A stretch of DNA of 64,000 bases from Octopus vulgaris (GCA_951406725.2 OX597823.1:10912001-10976000); one strand, 5' to 3'; shown: positions 40,370 through 54,458, counted from the stretch's first letter. Notes: generated by a model not told the origin, from the letters alone. Translations and numbers: made by a program.

Positions 40370-40523
40370 CAGGTGTGGCTGTGTAGTAAGAAGCTTGCTT
40401 CTCAACAAAATGGTTCCGGGTTGAGCACCTTGGCCAAGTGTCTTCTACTATAGGCTCGGGCTGACCAAATCCTTGTGAGTGAATTTGGTAGACGAAAACT
40501 GAAAGAAGCCCGTCGTATATATG
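40370..40523 (+). mobile_element. OK-type SINE 5' half
   Basis: gtggctgtgtagtaagaagcttgc...gaaaactgaaagaagcccgtcgtatatat. Confidence 0.8.
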
Positions 40524-41457
40524 TAAAAAGATTGTCAAGGAAGAGAAGTTCAAAATTCGATATCGTTAATGTTTGAGAAAAAATGATAATTCAACCAGTT
40601 ATATAAAAAATATTCATAAATCTAAAGTTGAGTTCGAACTCTTGAACTGGCAGTGGCGAGTTGCTTCAGCGGAAGTGAGCCATTTCCTTAGTCATTCGAC
40701 CAACTTCAAACCAGGAGCAGAAACAAATAATCTCTCAAAACAGAATGATTTCTTTTTTTTTTTTTTTGTTCATAGGGTTTTCAGACAAAGTTGACTCGGG
40801 ACAAAAACAACAGTAGCACCAGCGGGAAAAAAATTACTGCTGGTAACGAATCCACCTAAAAGTTTCAGATAAATGGCTTATTTTTCACTAAATATTATCA
40901 AATTCCAAGGTCAACGACTTGGTGGAAACGTAGAACGTCAGTGTAAATTCTTTGATAGATATTTTCTTTTTTTCCTCGGTTTTTGAGTTACAATGCTATT
41001 ATATTTCACTGCATCTTTCCTCCATCTGGAGTTAGTATAATATAACCATTCTGTCTTTTTATTTAAGGCATGGCATATATATGTGCTTACTTTTTCAAAA
41101 CAGTAAATTGTGATTTATGGCTCTCTTAATACATACACAGTTTGATTCAAATTCCTTACAAGTCTTTATGTATTAATGCGCGCGCGCTTTTACAAGCACA
41201 TACATACTCACACAAACACACATATTGTTACAAAATTTATATATAATTTCAATTTGCTATAGTACTGTGAATAAGATTTGAGATGGCACTTGAAGACTCA
41301 GTCAACACGACCTTTATGATACATATGATTCTTCACTCAGTTTTGAGGCATCTTATTATTTTTTTTTTTTATCTAGTTTCAGCATACGAGCTGTGGCCAT
41401 GCTGGGGTACCACCATTGTTAATGTTTCGTTATTTTTCACATCGCTTTAAAATAACC

Positions 41458-42242
41458 TTTTTTTACTATAGGCACAAGACCTGAAATTTGTGGGGAGGGG
41501 TTAAGTCGATTACATCGACCCAAGTACTTCACTGGTATTTAAATTATCGAACACAAAATGATGAAAGGCAAAGTCAATCTCGGTGGAATTTGAACTCAGA
41601 ACATAAACACGGACGAAATACCTCTAAGCATTTTGCCTGGCGTGCTGACGATTCCGCCAGCTCACCGCCTTAAATCGCTTTAGAAATAATCCTTTCTGCG
41701 GTTGGCATAACGCCTGACATTTTGGAGGTAGGGGACTAGTTGATTACATCGACTCCAGTGTTTCACTGGTACTTAATTTATTGGCCCAGAAACAATGAAA
41801 GGCAAAGTCGACCTCGGCGGAATTTGAACCCAAAACGTAGCAGCAGACGAAATACCTATTTCTTTACTACCTACAAGGGGATAAACACAGAAGGGACAAA
41901 CATGGACAGACAAACGGATTAAGTCGATTATATTGACCCCAGTGCGTAACTGGTACTTATTTCAGCGACCCCGAAAGGATGAAAGGAAAAGTCGACCTCG
42001 GCGGATATTAAACTCAGAACGTAGCGGCAGACGAAATACCTATTTCTTTACTACCCACAAGGGGCTAAACACAGAAAGGGACAAATATGGTCAGACAAAC
42101 GGATTAAGTCGATTATATCGACCCCAGTGCGTAACTGGTACTTATTTAATCGACCCCGAAAGGATGAAAGGCAAAGTCGATCTCGGCGGAATACCGCTAA
42201 GCATTTCGCCGGGCGTGCTAACATTTCTGCCAGCTCGCCACC
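41458..42242 (-). mobile_element. Stack of four Nin-domain SINE units (two old-tail, two new-tail)
   Basis: Heads at about 41669 and 42242; target-like sequence atc(g/a)cttt(a)aaataa present three times (about 41441, 41673, 42246). Confidence 0.85.
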
Positions 42243-43309
42243 TTAAATCACTTTTAAAATAATAAAATCAGTTTAACACTCTGCTGTAAATATCTTTTGA
42301 TGCATATAGTATATATTGTTTTTAACTCAAGTCGCTTTGAGAAGCTTGTCTGAGACAAAACATAACAGCTGCTGTTCTTTCCGAGTCTGTACACATGTTA
42401 TAATCATAAATACACACATATATTCTAGTTTAATGTTTGACTGTTTTAAGTGCATAATACTGCTATCAAAAGAGAATACCCATTTTCCAAAACAATTACT
42501 CAACATAACGAACCAATCGTACAAATCTAAAGGAAATAAATCAGAAGAAATAGAAAGAAATACTACAAATCGCGTCACTATGCACAGAACATTCAAGTGA
42601 TTTAGAGCTTGAGGCTCAGCTAAAGATCTGCTTAGTTTTAAAAGGCTAAAGTTTCGGTGAAATACAACCACCTGCTACCATTCATTTTCAATAAAAAGAC
42701 GTCTACTTCATGCTCTTGAAAATGTTTTAGAAACAGATATGCAAAAAAAAAAATATTCTTGGACATTATTCTGTAGAAAGATGGTGCACCTCTACATAGA
42801 GTATCATTACACGGCAATTCTTTAATGCACAATTTCCCAAATATTGGTAGAGATAGACCTGGCTTTTGGTTATCTAAACGATCAGGTCTCTTTTTGAAGG
42901 TGCAGGTCTATCTGAGTGATCAGGTTTACAGGACTGCGATCATAGTCTTTGACTATGTAAGGTGAAGAACTGAAAATGTGAAAACTCGAAGCACAACGTT
43001 TTGATGGCTTCCACTGATAATAAAAAAGGTGTGTTGTATATTGAGCATGGTGATGGGCATTTTAAATACTTGACTAAAAGAATAAACATTGAAAAATTAG
43101 AAGAAACACTGGCTTTTATTTAGGATATTTATTCATAGTTGGGTTAAACAGCATTAAGATGTTAGAGGACTTTTGAATTGTCCGATACATATATATACTA
43201 TGGACCCCTCATGTTCAATGTGTGTTTGTTCACTGATTTGCTGTGGTACAACGCTTGGAGAAGGAATCGAATCACTAGTCAAGGATTAAACATAAATAGT
43301 ATAAGAATT

Positions 43310-43494
43310 GTGAGGTATACTTGTCATCTCAATATGGCTAACCACTAAGGGTGGGTGTTACTGTAGCTTGTAGCCCCAGGAGAACATCGTCTCCAGCTGG
43401 CTTTAGGCACACTTTCTGTGCCCTTTTGGTATTTGCAAAGGGAGTTCATACTCCCCTCGTCAAGATTATACCTCGTTCAGAGATTTATTATTGC
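43310..43494 (+). mobile_element. 185-bp retroposon-like element with 13-bp TSD and no evident tRNA head
   Basis: TSD tagtataagaatt at 43297-43309 and 43495-43507; short ttatta tail. Confidence 0.75.
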
Positions 43495-45113
43495 TAGTAT
43501 AAGAATTATTTGCTGGTATTCCACAGCGATGCATACCTAAGATTCGTCCCCAGTTCGATTCAACTACGTGATGGTGATATGCCACAAAAATGGCGAAATA
43601 TCGGTATCCATCTCTCCTACATTCGATCGGAGGCGAGTTGTTTCGCCTGTCTATGGCCTGCAGGAGTTTTCACCAAATCACTTGAAAGAATTCCTGTAGC
43701 ATCAAAGATATTCCTTGAATCATTTTATGTGACCCGATACCTATTATTGTAAAGTCTGGTTAATTTTTCTGAGCTGACAATCCTACTTTCATTTTCTCCT
43801 GTTCTAGATTTTACGATTGCTTACATTACCACGTCCTCATTTTGGGATGGGATCCGAGTGTACCATATCTGATTAGTTAACAAAATAATTTTGCTTACAA
43901 AATATCATTTTCGACAACTGGGGGTTAAAGAATAAAAACACATACACAAACACACCAGTAATCGTTCGACCTCCTTAGAAAATAGAAACCAAATAACGCT
44001 CACCACACCCTGCCTTCTTAACCACAACGCAGCATAATGTGGCTCTGTTACATTTTTCTTTTCCCAAGGCCCTTTTACACATACTCACACATACATACAC
44101 ATATGCATATATATTCGCACGTATGGGCGTATATCGTTTATATTTGTTTTCTGATAATTCGAGTTCGAAACCGTAAGTGAAACATATTTCTTATCATTTG
44201 CGATGGTCATAGTGCTAAGAAATACAGACACTGTTTATCGCTCACTTCACCTTCACTGTTAACTAATTTGTCATGATTTTTTCATCAAACTATTGTAAAG
44301 TTTTCAATGATTTCAAATTTTCTAATTGATTTTCTTTTCTAAATTATGTTGTCAAGTGCCATCCATGTGATGTCAAAAATATGAATATATTATTTGCTAC
44401 TGATTTGTTTTCATTGTGACTCTTACTGTTTTGAATTTCGTTGGATTTTTTGTTTTTGCTTTTTGTTTGTTCCGAAATTAGAATTTGTACATGTCGGTGT
44501 GTATAGTCCGTAGGCGGTGTCCGTATAAGTGGCTGTGATAATGTTGTTACGCGACTCATTCTACTTTCGAGGATGTGGTTGAGCCCACAATCTGCTTCCA
44601 GTGTGTCTACCACTTCTCGTAGAAGAGGAATTTTCTCGGTTGCGTAAGAAGAATCTATATTTCAACCACTAGCGTAGCTAGTATGTGTCATCCGGGATGG
44701 TCCTTCAGTTAGCTGGACCCTCACAAAAAAAAAATGCATATTGCCTACAGCAGACCCAAAAGTGGTTCCACCCCATAAAAGTATGCCCAAGGCGGACGAT
44801 CGCCTCCTCCCCACTCTAACTACACTAGTGATTACATCATAGTTTAAAAGTCCATTGTGTTTCTGTATAGCATATTGGTAGAACATGAATGACTGGTTCT
44901 TTACATTATATTCAAGCTCGTGTTCTCCAACCGTCTCATCTATGCTGCGAAGCGTTTCCCCAACACAGATTACGCAAACGGCTCTACACTGCTTCCATAC
45001 ACATTATGTAGTACATTATTCCTAGTCTGCAGTCTACTGGTGGGCTGCTTGCACACATTCTGCATTTGTTGTCAGTGTACGGGGTTATCCTAAACTGGTA
45101 TTATACACTTATA

Positions 45114-45717
45114 GGCGGCGAGCTGGCAGAATCGTTAGCACGCCGGGCGAAATGCTTAGTGGTATTTCGTCTGCGTTACGTTCTGAGTTCAAAATCCGCC
45201 GACCGAAGTCGACTTTGCCTTTCATCTTTTCGGGGTCGATAAATTAAGTACCAGTTACGCACTGGGGTCGATGTAATCGACTTAATACCTATGTCTGTCC
45301 TTGTTTGTCCCCTCTGTGTTTAGCCCCTTGTGGGTAATAAAGAAATAGGTATTTCGTCTGCGTTACGTTCTGAGTTCAAAATCCGCCGACCGAAGTCGAC
45401 TTTGCCTTTCATCCTTTCGGGGTCGATAAATTAAGTACCAGTTACGCACTGGGGTCGATGTAATCGACTTAATACCTATGTCTGTCCTTGTTTGTCCCCT
45501 CTGTGTTTAGCCCCTTGTGGGTAATAAAGAAATAGGTATTTCGTCTGCGTTACGTTGTGAGTTCAAATTCCGCCGAGGTCGACTTTGCCTTTCATCCTTT
45601 CGGGGTCGATAAATTAAGTACCAGTTACGCACTGGGGTCGATGTAATCGACTTAATACCTATGTCTGTCCTTGTTTGTCCCCTCTGTGTTTAGCCCCTTG
45701 TGGGTAATAAAGAAATT
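45114..45717 (+). mobile_element. Nin-domain SINE tandem trimer (units 187/187/183 bp after one head)
   Basis: Units start ggtatttcg at 45161, 45348, 45535; TSD ggtattat(a/t)cactt(a/t)ta at 45097-45113 and 45718-45734. Confidence 0.95.
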
Positions 45718-46306
45718 GGTATTATTCACTTTTAGTGATTTATATTTGTTTTATTTTTTTCTCTATTATTTTTGTTTATTAAATTTACTTTCATGTATAT
45801 TTCTAAATCTAAATTTACGAGAAAGTTCATTTCTGACGGTAACACCAATGAACCACGGCCCTTCGCATATGTTTTTGTTATACTATAAGCTTTCGTTGTT
45901 TTGATCCCTTCTTTTTCTTTCTCGCCTCATCCAAAAGTTGTCCCAGAGCATGGGACACGCTTAATTTATATCATTGCAGATGGATTTTGAACATTGCTTT
46001 AGCGCCTTACTTGTATCAGGAAAAGCTTGTGGTTAATGAAATACTATACGTGCTTTCTTCACGCGATGAACACGTCTCTTATCACTTTTATTAGATCTAC
46101 TATCAGAATGTTATCAATACGACAAAACTCCGGACGAATGGGTGCTTTAATGTCCGCAGGTTCCGCATAATAGGAGAGGAGAAGTTGTTTCTCAACGCCT
46201 ATTAATTCTGGTTATAGTTTGGTATCCAGAAAAAGTAGTCTTTTTCTGAAAAGAGACAGGCAGTGGAAAATATCTACAGATTGCTTTACTGGAGAATATT
46301 ATAAGG

Positions 46307-46760
46307 GTATGTATGTATGTATGTATGTATGTGTGTGTGTGTATGCATGTATGTACGTATGTATGTATGTATGTATGTATGTATGTATGTATGTGTGTAT
46401 GTGTGTATGTATGCATGTGTGTATGTATGTATGTGTGTATGTATGTATGTATGTATGTATGTATGTATGTACGTATGTGTGTGTGTATATGTGTGTGTGT
46501 ATGTATGTATGTATGTGTGTATGTATGTATGTGTGTGTGTGTATGTATGTATGTATGTATGTATGTATGTATGTATGTGTGTGTGTGTGTATGTGTGTAT
46601 GTATGTATGTATGTGTGTATGTATGCATGTGTGTATGTATGTGTGTATGTATGCATGCATGCATGTATGTATGTATGTATGTATGTATGTATGTATGTAT
46701 GTATTATGCAGGTGCAAGCATGTTTCATTTTGCATGTATATAGAGAGATATTGATAGATC

Positions 46761-46799
<39 letters not shown>

Positions 46800-46851
46800 G
46801 TTACTATATATGCATACATATTTTGTGTATTGTATGTGTGTGTGCATATAC

Positions 46852-46885
<34 letters not shown>

Positions 46886-46918
46886 GTATCTCTCTCTCTC
46901 TCTCTCACTGTATGTATT

Positions 46919-46960
<42 letters not shown>
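46307..46960. repeat. (ATGT)/(GT), (GATA) and (TA) compound microsatellite
   Basis: Seen directly. Confidence 0.95.
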
Positions 46961-46962
<2 letters not shown>

Positions 46963-46963
<1 letters not shown>

Positions 46964-47347
46964 TAGCAGTATCGCCCGGCATTGCTCAGGTTTGTAAGGG
47001 AAATAACTATAAAGCATTTTTAGAGAGTCATAACCAAAAAATAGCAAAAAGATTTTTAAAAATTATGGTAAATTTTTTTTGAGAGTAAAAAAAGGTGGAG
47101 TTGCGTCCCCTAGACAGTTTGCGGTTTGTGTTTCTGATTCTCGACCCCATGTCGAATTTATCGATTTTTTTCAGAAGTGGGGGAACTTTTCAAAATTTTC
47201 GCTGCGTTAGTTTTGAATTATTACATTGGGCTATGTGTGTGTCAAGTTTCATCAGAATCGGTTCAAAGCCGTGGTCAGGGTGAGGGTTACAAGCAAGCAG
47301 ACACACAGAAACACGCACAGACAAACTGCCGTTTATATAGAGAGAGA
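46963..47347 (-). mobile_element. Non-autonomous Helitron-like element (B + X)
   Basis: Reverse complement of 11380-11766. Confidence 0.82.
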
Positions 47348-47559
47348 TATATAAATAAAAAAAACAATAAATTGAACAATTGCAAATTCAGCTCAGTTTA
47401 AATATTTTATACAAACAAATGACACATCTCATAAATTACACCTAGCTAAACTGTTATACACACGCACACACACATATAATGAGTCAGCCCATAATTAATG
47501 CTGTTTTTTTTATACTTTTCATTTTTCAAAATTAAGATAAACGAAAACATTTCTATATT

Positions 47560-47675
47560 TAAGAGATGAGGAATTGCGCACATTATTTACACTATTTATA
47601 TTATTCATATTTGTCCTCATCTTGTTTGTTGTTAATGCAACGTTTCGGCTGATATACTCTGCAGCCTTCACCAAA
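47560..47675 (-). mobile_element. Penelope-like relic with degenerate minimal hammerhead
   Basis: - strand UGGUGA-A-GGCUG-(10 nt)-CAGCC-GAAACGUU at 47673-47639. Confidence 0.55.
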
Positions 47676-48102
47676 AATATACTGAATATGCTCATTTGGC
47701 ACTTCCATTATAGCTTTTAAAAAAAAAATAACTATTAAAATCGAACTGCACTCTTCAAAACTTGTACTAAGAATAAGGACAAGCTAAAATTGCTCCTTAC
47801 TTTTATGGCAAGTTGATGCAGGTAGTTTATCCCATCTCCCTCACTGCTTTAGTTCATGCAATTGAAAAAAACCCGCATTATTTATGGGATGACCCAATAT
47901 ATAGATATATTTGCACACTCGTGTGTGTGCGTAAACATATGTACGTGTTGTGTGTAAATGAACGTGCGCGAATGAATAATCGACCTTATAAACATACGCT
48001 CATCCCTCCACTGATAACCCCATTTCATACAAGCGATCTTCTCCAAATAAATTAGACCTTCATTTCGACTTCTACGAAGTATAATTTACGTACTTATATA
48101 CA

Positions 48103-48497
48103 GGCGCAGGAGTGGTTGTGTGGTAAGTAGCTTGTTTACTAACCACATGGTTCCGGGTTCAATCCCACTGCTTGGCATCTTGGGCAAGTGTCTTCTGTTA
48201 TAGCCTCGGGCCGACCAATGCCTTGTGAGTGGATTTGGTAGACGAAAACTGAAAGAAGCCTGTCGTATATATGTATATATGTGTGTGCGTGTATGTTTGT
48301 GCTTGTCCCCCTAGCATTGCTTGACAACCGATGCTGGTGTGTTTATGTCCCCGTCACTTAGCGGTTCGGCAAAAGAGACCGATAGAATAAGTACTGGACT
48401 TACAAAGAATAAGTCCCGGGGTCGAGTTGCTCGATTAAAGGCGGTGCTCCAGCATGGCCGCAGTCAAATGACTGAAACAAGTAAAAGAGTAAAAGAG
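48103..48497 (+). mobile_element. OK-type SINE
   Basis: Full-length, close to 37431. Confidence 0.93.
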
Positions 48498-48949
48498 ATG
48501 GGAATTAAACTTTATCAAACTTAAAATCACCATTGGAGGAATTTTTCCAAGAATAATGTCTCTATACATCCTCCTCTTCATCAGCTCACATGGAAATCAC
48601 TTTACATGAAAATTCGTTATTATCTTTTAAATTTTTGAACAAGTTCATTCTCCTATGCTTTTTAATTTCTCAGCTCAAATCCTGCCAGAATTAACTTTTG
48701 TCTTTCAAGATTTTGGGTTCGATTGAATAAGCTACTATGCTCAATATAATCGATTGTTCCTTCCCTCCTTCCATATATCTGGTTTCGTAACTGTAATGCA
48801 AAAGATAATTATTAGTATTTTCAAAGTTTTCCTTACAACATTTGCATTTCTATATAGTATGCTACTTCCTTAGTTTATACTCGTTGGGAATCCAGATTAG
48901 CTTCTCATTGTCTTCTCCAATATGTCTGTTAACAATACACTGTTTGTTT

Positions 48950-49369
48950 TTTTTACTCTTTTTCCTTGTTTCAGTCATTTGGCAGCGGCCATGCTGGAGC
49001 ACCGCCTTTAGTCGTGCAAATCGACTCCAGGACTTATACTTTGTAAGCCTAGTACTTATTCTATCGGTTTCTTTTGCCGAACCGCTCAGTTACGGGGACG
49101 TAAACACACCAGCATCAGTTGTCAAGCGATGTTGGGGGGACAAATACAGACACATAAAACATATACACCCACATACATATATACATAAATATACATACAT
49201 ATATACGACGGGCTTCTTTCAGTTTCCGTCTACCAAATCCTCTCACAAGGCTTTGGTCGGCCCGAGGCTATAGTAGAAGACACTTGCCGAAGGTGTCACG
49301 CAATGGGACTGAACCTGGAACAATGTGGTTGGTAAGCAAGCTACTTACCACGCAGTCATGCCTACGCCT
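48950..49369 (-). mobile_element. OK-type SINE
   Basis: Full-length reverse copy about 450 bp from the 48103 copy. Confidence 0.9.
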
Positions 49370-49779
49370 ATCGCAACCATTCCTACGCCTATAATTAATA
49401 AAATATATTAATTATACACTTCTTTTTATGTTCCATTATATACTTTTCATGGACCTTTGTAATAAAATATTGCTTACCACCATAACTAGACATATTTCAA
49501 TATACCATGCATACGAAAATTTTATGTGGTTGCGTACGTATTTTCTTACCTTAAATCATCTTTATTCTCTTACAAGTGGGTGAGGTATTGTAGTTGGCCA
49601 TTTTATAGAGTGGAGGTTGACAACGATAAATAATGCCACGGCATAATAGTTCTTGATCGTCCGCTGAAGTGGAGGTGTGAAACATGAGTAGCAGTTCACT
49701 CGCACTCAGCTTTGAATAACTTCTATAAATATGTGTATGTATGCATGTATGTACGTATGTACGTGTGTATGTACGTATG

Positions 49780-49825
<46 letters not shown>

Positions 49826-49922
49826 TATATATATACATACATACACATGCATATATGTCCGTTTGTCTGCCTATCTATCTATCTATATGTATAAATACAT
49901 ATATACATACAAAGATATATAT

Positions 49923-49982
<60 letters not shown>

Positions 49983-50515
49983 AGTATACACCTCAGACAC
50001 GTGTACTAACAATGATAGCAACGCGTGACTAACACAACGACAATACCTTAAACACCAACATCTATGAAAAACACAATTTGAAATAAATATGTACAATAAT
50101 ACTAACCCCATTATGGAATCTTTATATTTATCAACGATATTTATTTGAAAATAATTCAAAGCACTCTACATGGGATGAAGAAAAACATGAAAACCGAAAA
50201 AAGAAAACACCACCAGAAAAAAAATACAAAGGGACACACAGAAAAAAAAGGGCTTTGTATGATAATTCATGTAATATTGCATAGATTCTATGAGCAGATA
50301 TTGAGAAAAATGTTTCTCTAGTCTACAGAGAATAATAGAGTGGAGAGAAAACCGTACAAGCATTCATATGAACACACACACAATCACATATACGCACACG
50401 CACACACACACATATATATATACATATATGCATGCATACAAATATATATATATATTTATATACATATATAAATCAACATGTTTACAAAACATTTCCTCTT
50501 TTATATATATATATG

Positions 50516-50547
<32 letters not shown>

Positions 50548-50658
50548 CATATATATACATATATATATATAAATACACATCCATATATACACATACATAT
50601 ATACATATATATATACACATACATATATACATACATATATATATACATATATATATAC

Positions 50659-50763
<105 letters not shown>

Positions 50764-50791
50764 TATATACATATGCTTACATGTATATATA

Positions 50792-51070
50792 GATGGGAGC
50801 CCACAGCTACTGAATGCGTTGCCAAAACATCTAGAGATCTTCATGGTGTCGGGGTAGATGCTTTCAAGAAACAACTTGATCTCCTGCTGTCCAAGGCCTC
50901 AAATGAACCTACATCATGGCAAAAACCTGAAAAGAGGGCAACAGAGTCCAATTCTAGCGTTCACCAATAGCCAATGGCATAAGAATAGCTGTTGAAAAAT
51001 TGATTACAATGGCGGTGCTCCAGCATGGCCACAGCCTTTGGGCTGAAACGTATAAAAGAATAAAAGAATA
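50792..51070 (+). mobile_element. 5'-truncated LINE 3' end (CR1/L2-group-like ORF2 C-terminus plus 3' UTR)
   Basis: Peptide [45 protein letters not shown]; UTR ends ggcggtgctccagcatggccacagcc..ggctgaaac..(taaaagaa)2. Confidence 0.72.
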
Positions 51071-51098
51071 TACATAAATATATGTGTGTGTGTGCACA

Positions 51099-51134
<36 letters not shown>

Positions 51135-51210
51135 CATGTATTTAATTTCGGGCAGAGTTTATTCTACGAGGAAAGAATTTTTCAGCAAATTTTTCAATAT
51201 TTCATCTGAG

Positions 51211-51434
<224 letters not shown>

Positions 51435-51879
51435 AAATAAGCATGCTGCAACGTAATTTTAAAATAATATACATAATAAAAGAAAACTACAGACGACCTT
51501 GTACAAATCATATGAAGAAAAACATGGAGGTTGAGGAGAGGGGACATGAAAATTACTCGCCCATTTTGAATGAGATAACCAAGTACGGAATTCAAACAAG
51601 ACTGCCAATCAATAGCCAAAAGAGAAGTATGCATCCAGCCAGAAAACGATACGAACAGCTGAATAAAGAATCGACTGAGTGAAAGTGAAAGAGAGAGTAA
51701 GAGAGTGGTGGAGGGGGCAGAGAAAGAGAGAAAGAGAGAGAGGGTAGGAGAAATTGACGGGGAAAGCGTGTGTGTCATAGAGTGTGCGAATCAGTATGTG
51801 AGAGAACGAAACAATCATGGTAAGTGTACGGATAATTGAACAAAGTATGATATAACATAAAGTCATACAGCATGCATAT

Positions 51880-51912
<33 letters not shown>

Positions 51913-52039
51913 TACACGCATTTCTTATCACATACATTGTTCATATGCATGTGTGTATATATATATACATACGTGCATACATACATACATACATACATGG
52001 ATACATACATACATACATACATACATACATACATACATG

Positions 52040-52073
<34 letters not shown>

Positions 52074-52156
52074 TATATATAACATATATATATATATATA
52101 TATAACATATATATATATAACATATATATATATATATATATAACATATATATATAT

Positions 52157-52620
<464 letters not shown>

Positions 52621-52621
52621 A

Positions 52622-52738
<117 letters not shown>

Positions 52739-52749
52739 ATATAATAATG

Positions 52750-52806
<57 letters not shown>

Positions 52807-52892
52807 GGGAATATAATTCCAAACTTACAGGGAAAAATTCAATTTACCAGTTCTAAATCAAATTTCACAATATAATATATATATATATATAT

Positions 52893-53296
52893 AATTAAGA
52901 GAAATAACCTCTGTTAAGTAATTCAATAGTGAAAGACATTATCCACAACATATAGAAAAAAATTCTATATACTATAATAAATAGTATTAAAAAAATCGCT
53001 AAATTAAATATATGAGGAAGGAATTTTTCAGCAATTTTTCAATATTTCCTCTGAGATAATGAGCAAGTCTGTGTGTGTGTGTGTGTGTGTGTGCGTGTGT
53101 GTCTGTGTGTATGTGTGTATGTGTGCGTGTGTGTGAATGTGGGTGTGAGTGTTTAAGGTGACTATGGTTGTTGGATGCTGTTTGGTCCCCGATGGAGAAG
53201 AGTTATAGTACAAACTTACCAGCAACTAGTTCATTATATGATATGGATAATATCTTACACTATTGAATTACTTAATAGAGGTTATTTCTCTTAATT
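52893..53296. other. Cassette bounded by 53-bp inverted repeats (3 mismatches), enclosing copies of nearby sequence
   Basis: Arms 52893-52945 and 53244-53296; inner 53014-53068 resembles 51168-51216; inner 53148-53236 resembles 56109-56206. Confidence 0.8.
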
Positions 53297-53877
53297 ATCT
53301 ATATATATATATATATATACATACGTACCTTCATGCATACGTACAAATATACATGTATACATACATAAGTGCATAGATACTTACGTACATACATGCATAC
53401 ATACATATATACATACATACATACATACATACATACATACATGCATACCTACATACATACATGCATGCATGCATGCATACATACATACATACATACATAC
53501 ATACATACATACATACATACATACATACATACATACATACGTACGTACATGCATACATACATACATAGGCACAGAGAAAACGAAAGAAAGAGAAAAAATG
53601 GAATAGGAATTATGCTAATAGTTTCATATTAATACAAAACAAGTCTATGATTGACCAACATATAATAATAGCAAAACTAAAGCCGTCTGGTGATTTGCGA
53701 CCTAAAAATTAAATAATAATATATAGAAGTAATAAATACAAGTAAAAGGAAGGGAAACATATGTAAATACATCCATTTTTATAAATTGATTATTTTTCGT
53801 CCCATCTGACCCCCTTGTGGCAATAAACATAATCAGTATTATTATTGTTGTTGTTGTTGTTGTTGTTGTTGAAGGCC

Positions 53878-54272
53878 GCGTTCGTCTTTACGTTCTGAAT
53901 TCAAATTCCGCCGAGGTTGACTTTGCCTTTCATCCTTTCGGGGTCGATACATTAAGTACCTATTTCTTTATTACCCACAAGGGGCTAAACATAGAGAGGA
54001 CAAACATGGACATACATAGGTATTAAGTCGATTATATCGACCCCAGTGCTTAACTGGTACTTAATTTATCGACCCCGAAAGGATGAAAGGCCAAGTCGAC
54101 CTCGGCGGAATTTGAACTCACAACGTAACGGCAGACGAAATACGGCTACGCATTTCGCCCGGCGTGCTAACGTTTCTGCCAGCTTGCCGCCTTACCACCT
54201 GAGTACTGGGACCGATGCAATCGACTATCCGCCACCCCACGAATTCCAGGCCTTGTGCCTGTAGTACAAAGG

Positions 54273-54275
<3 letters not shown>
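53878..54275 (+). mobile_element. Old-tail Nin-domain SINE carrying an antisense new-tail copy (53961-54191)
   Basis: attaagtacc|tatttcttt left junction; gccgcc-ttacca right junction; outer tail ggccttgtgcctgtagtacaaaggatt followed by (ATT)n. Confidence 0.88.
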
Positions 54276-54334
<59 letters not shown>

Positions 54335-54351
54335 CATCATCACTATTATTA

Positions 54352-54403
<52 letters not shown>

Positions 54404-54417
54404 TATCATTATTATTA

Positions 54418-54458
<41 letters not shown>

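Noticed and set aside
44480-44960. GC-richer island, possible exon or LINE 5' UTR
   Set aside because: No long ORF, termini, TSD or second copy found; left unannotated.
45161-45717. CRISPR-like or satellite array
   Set aside because: Units are contiguous SINE bodies without unique spacers; eukaryotic context; no cas genes.
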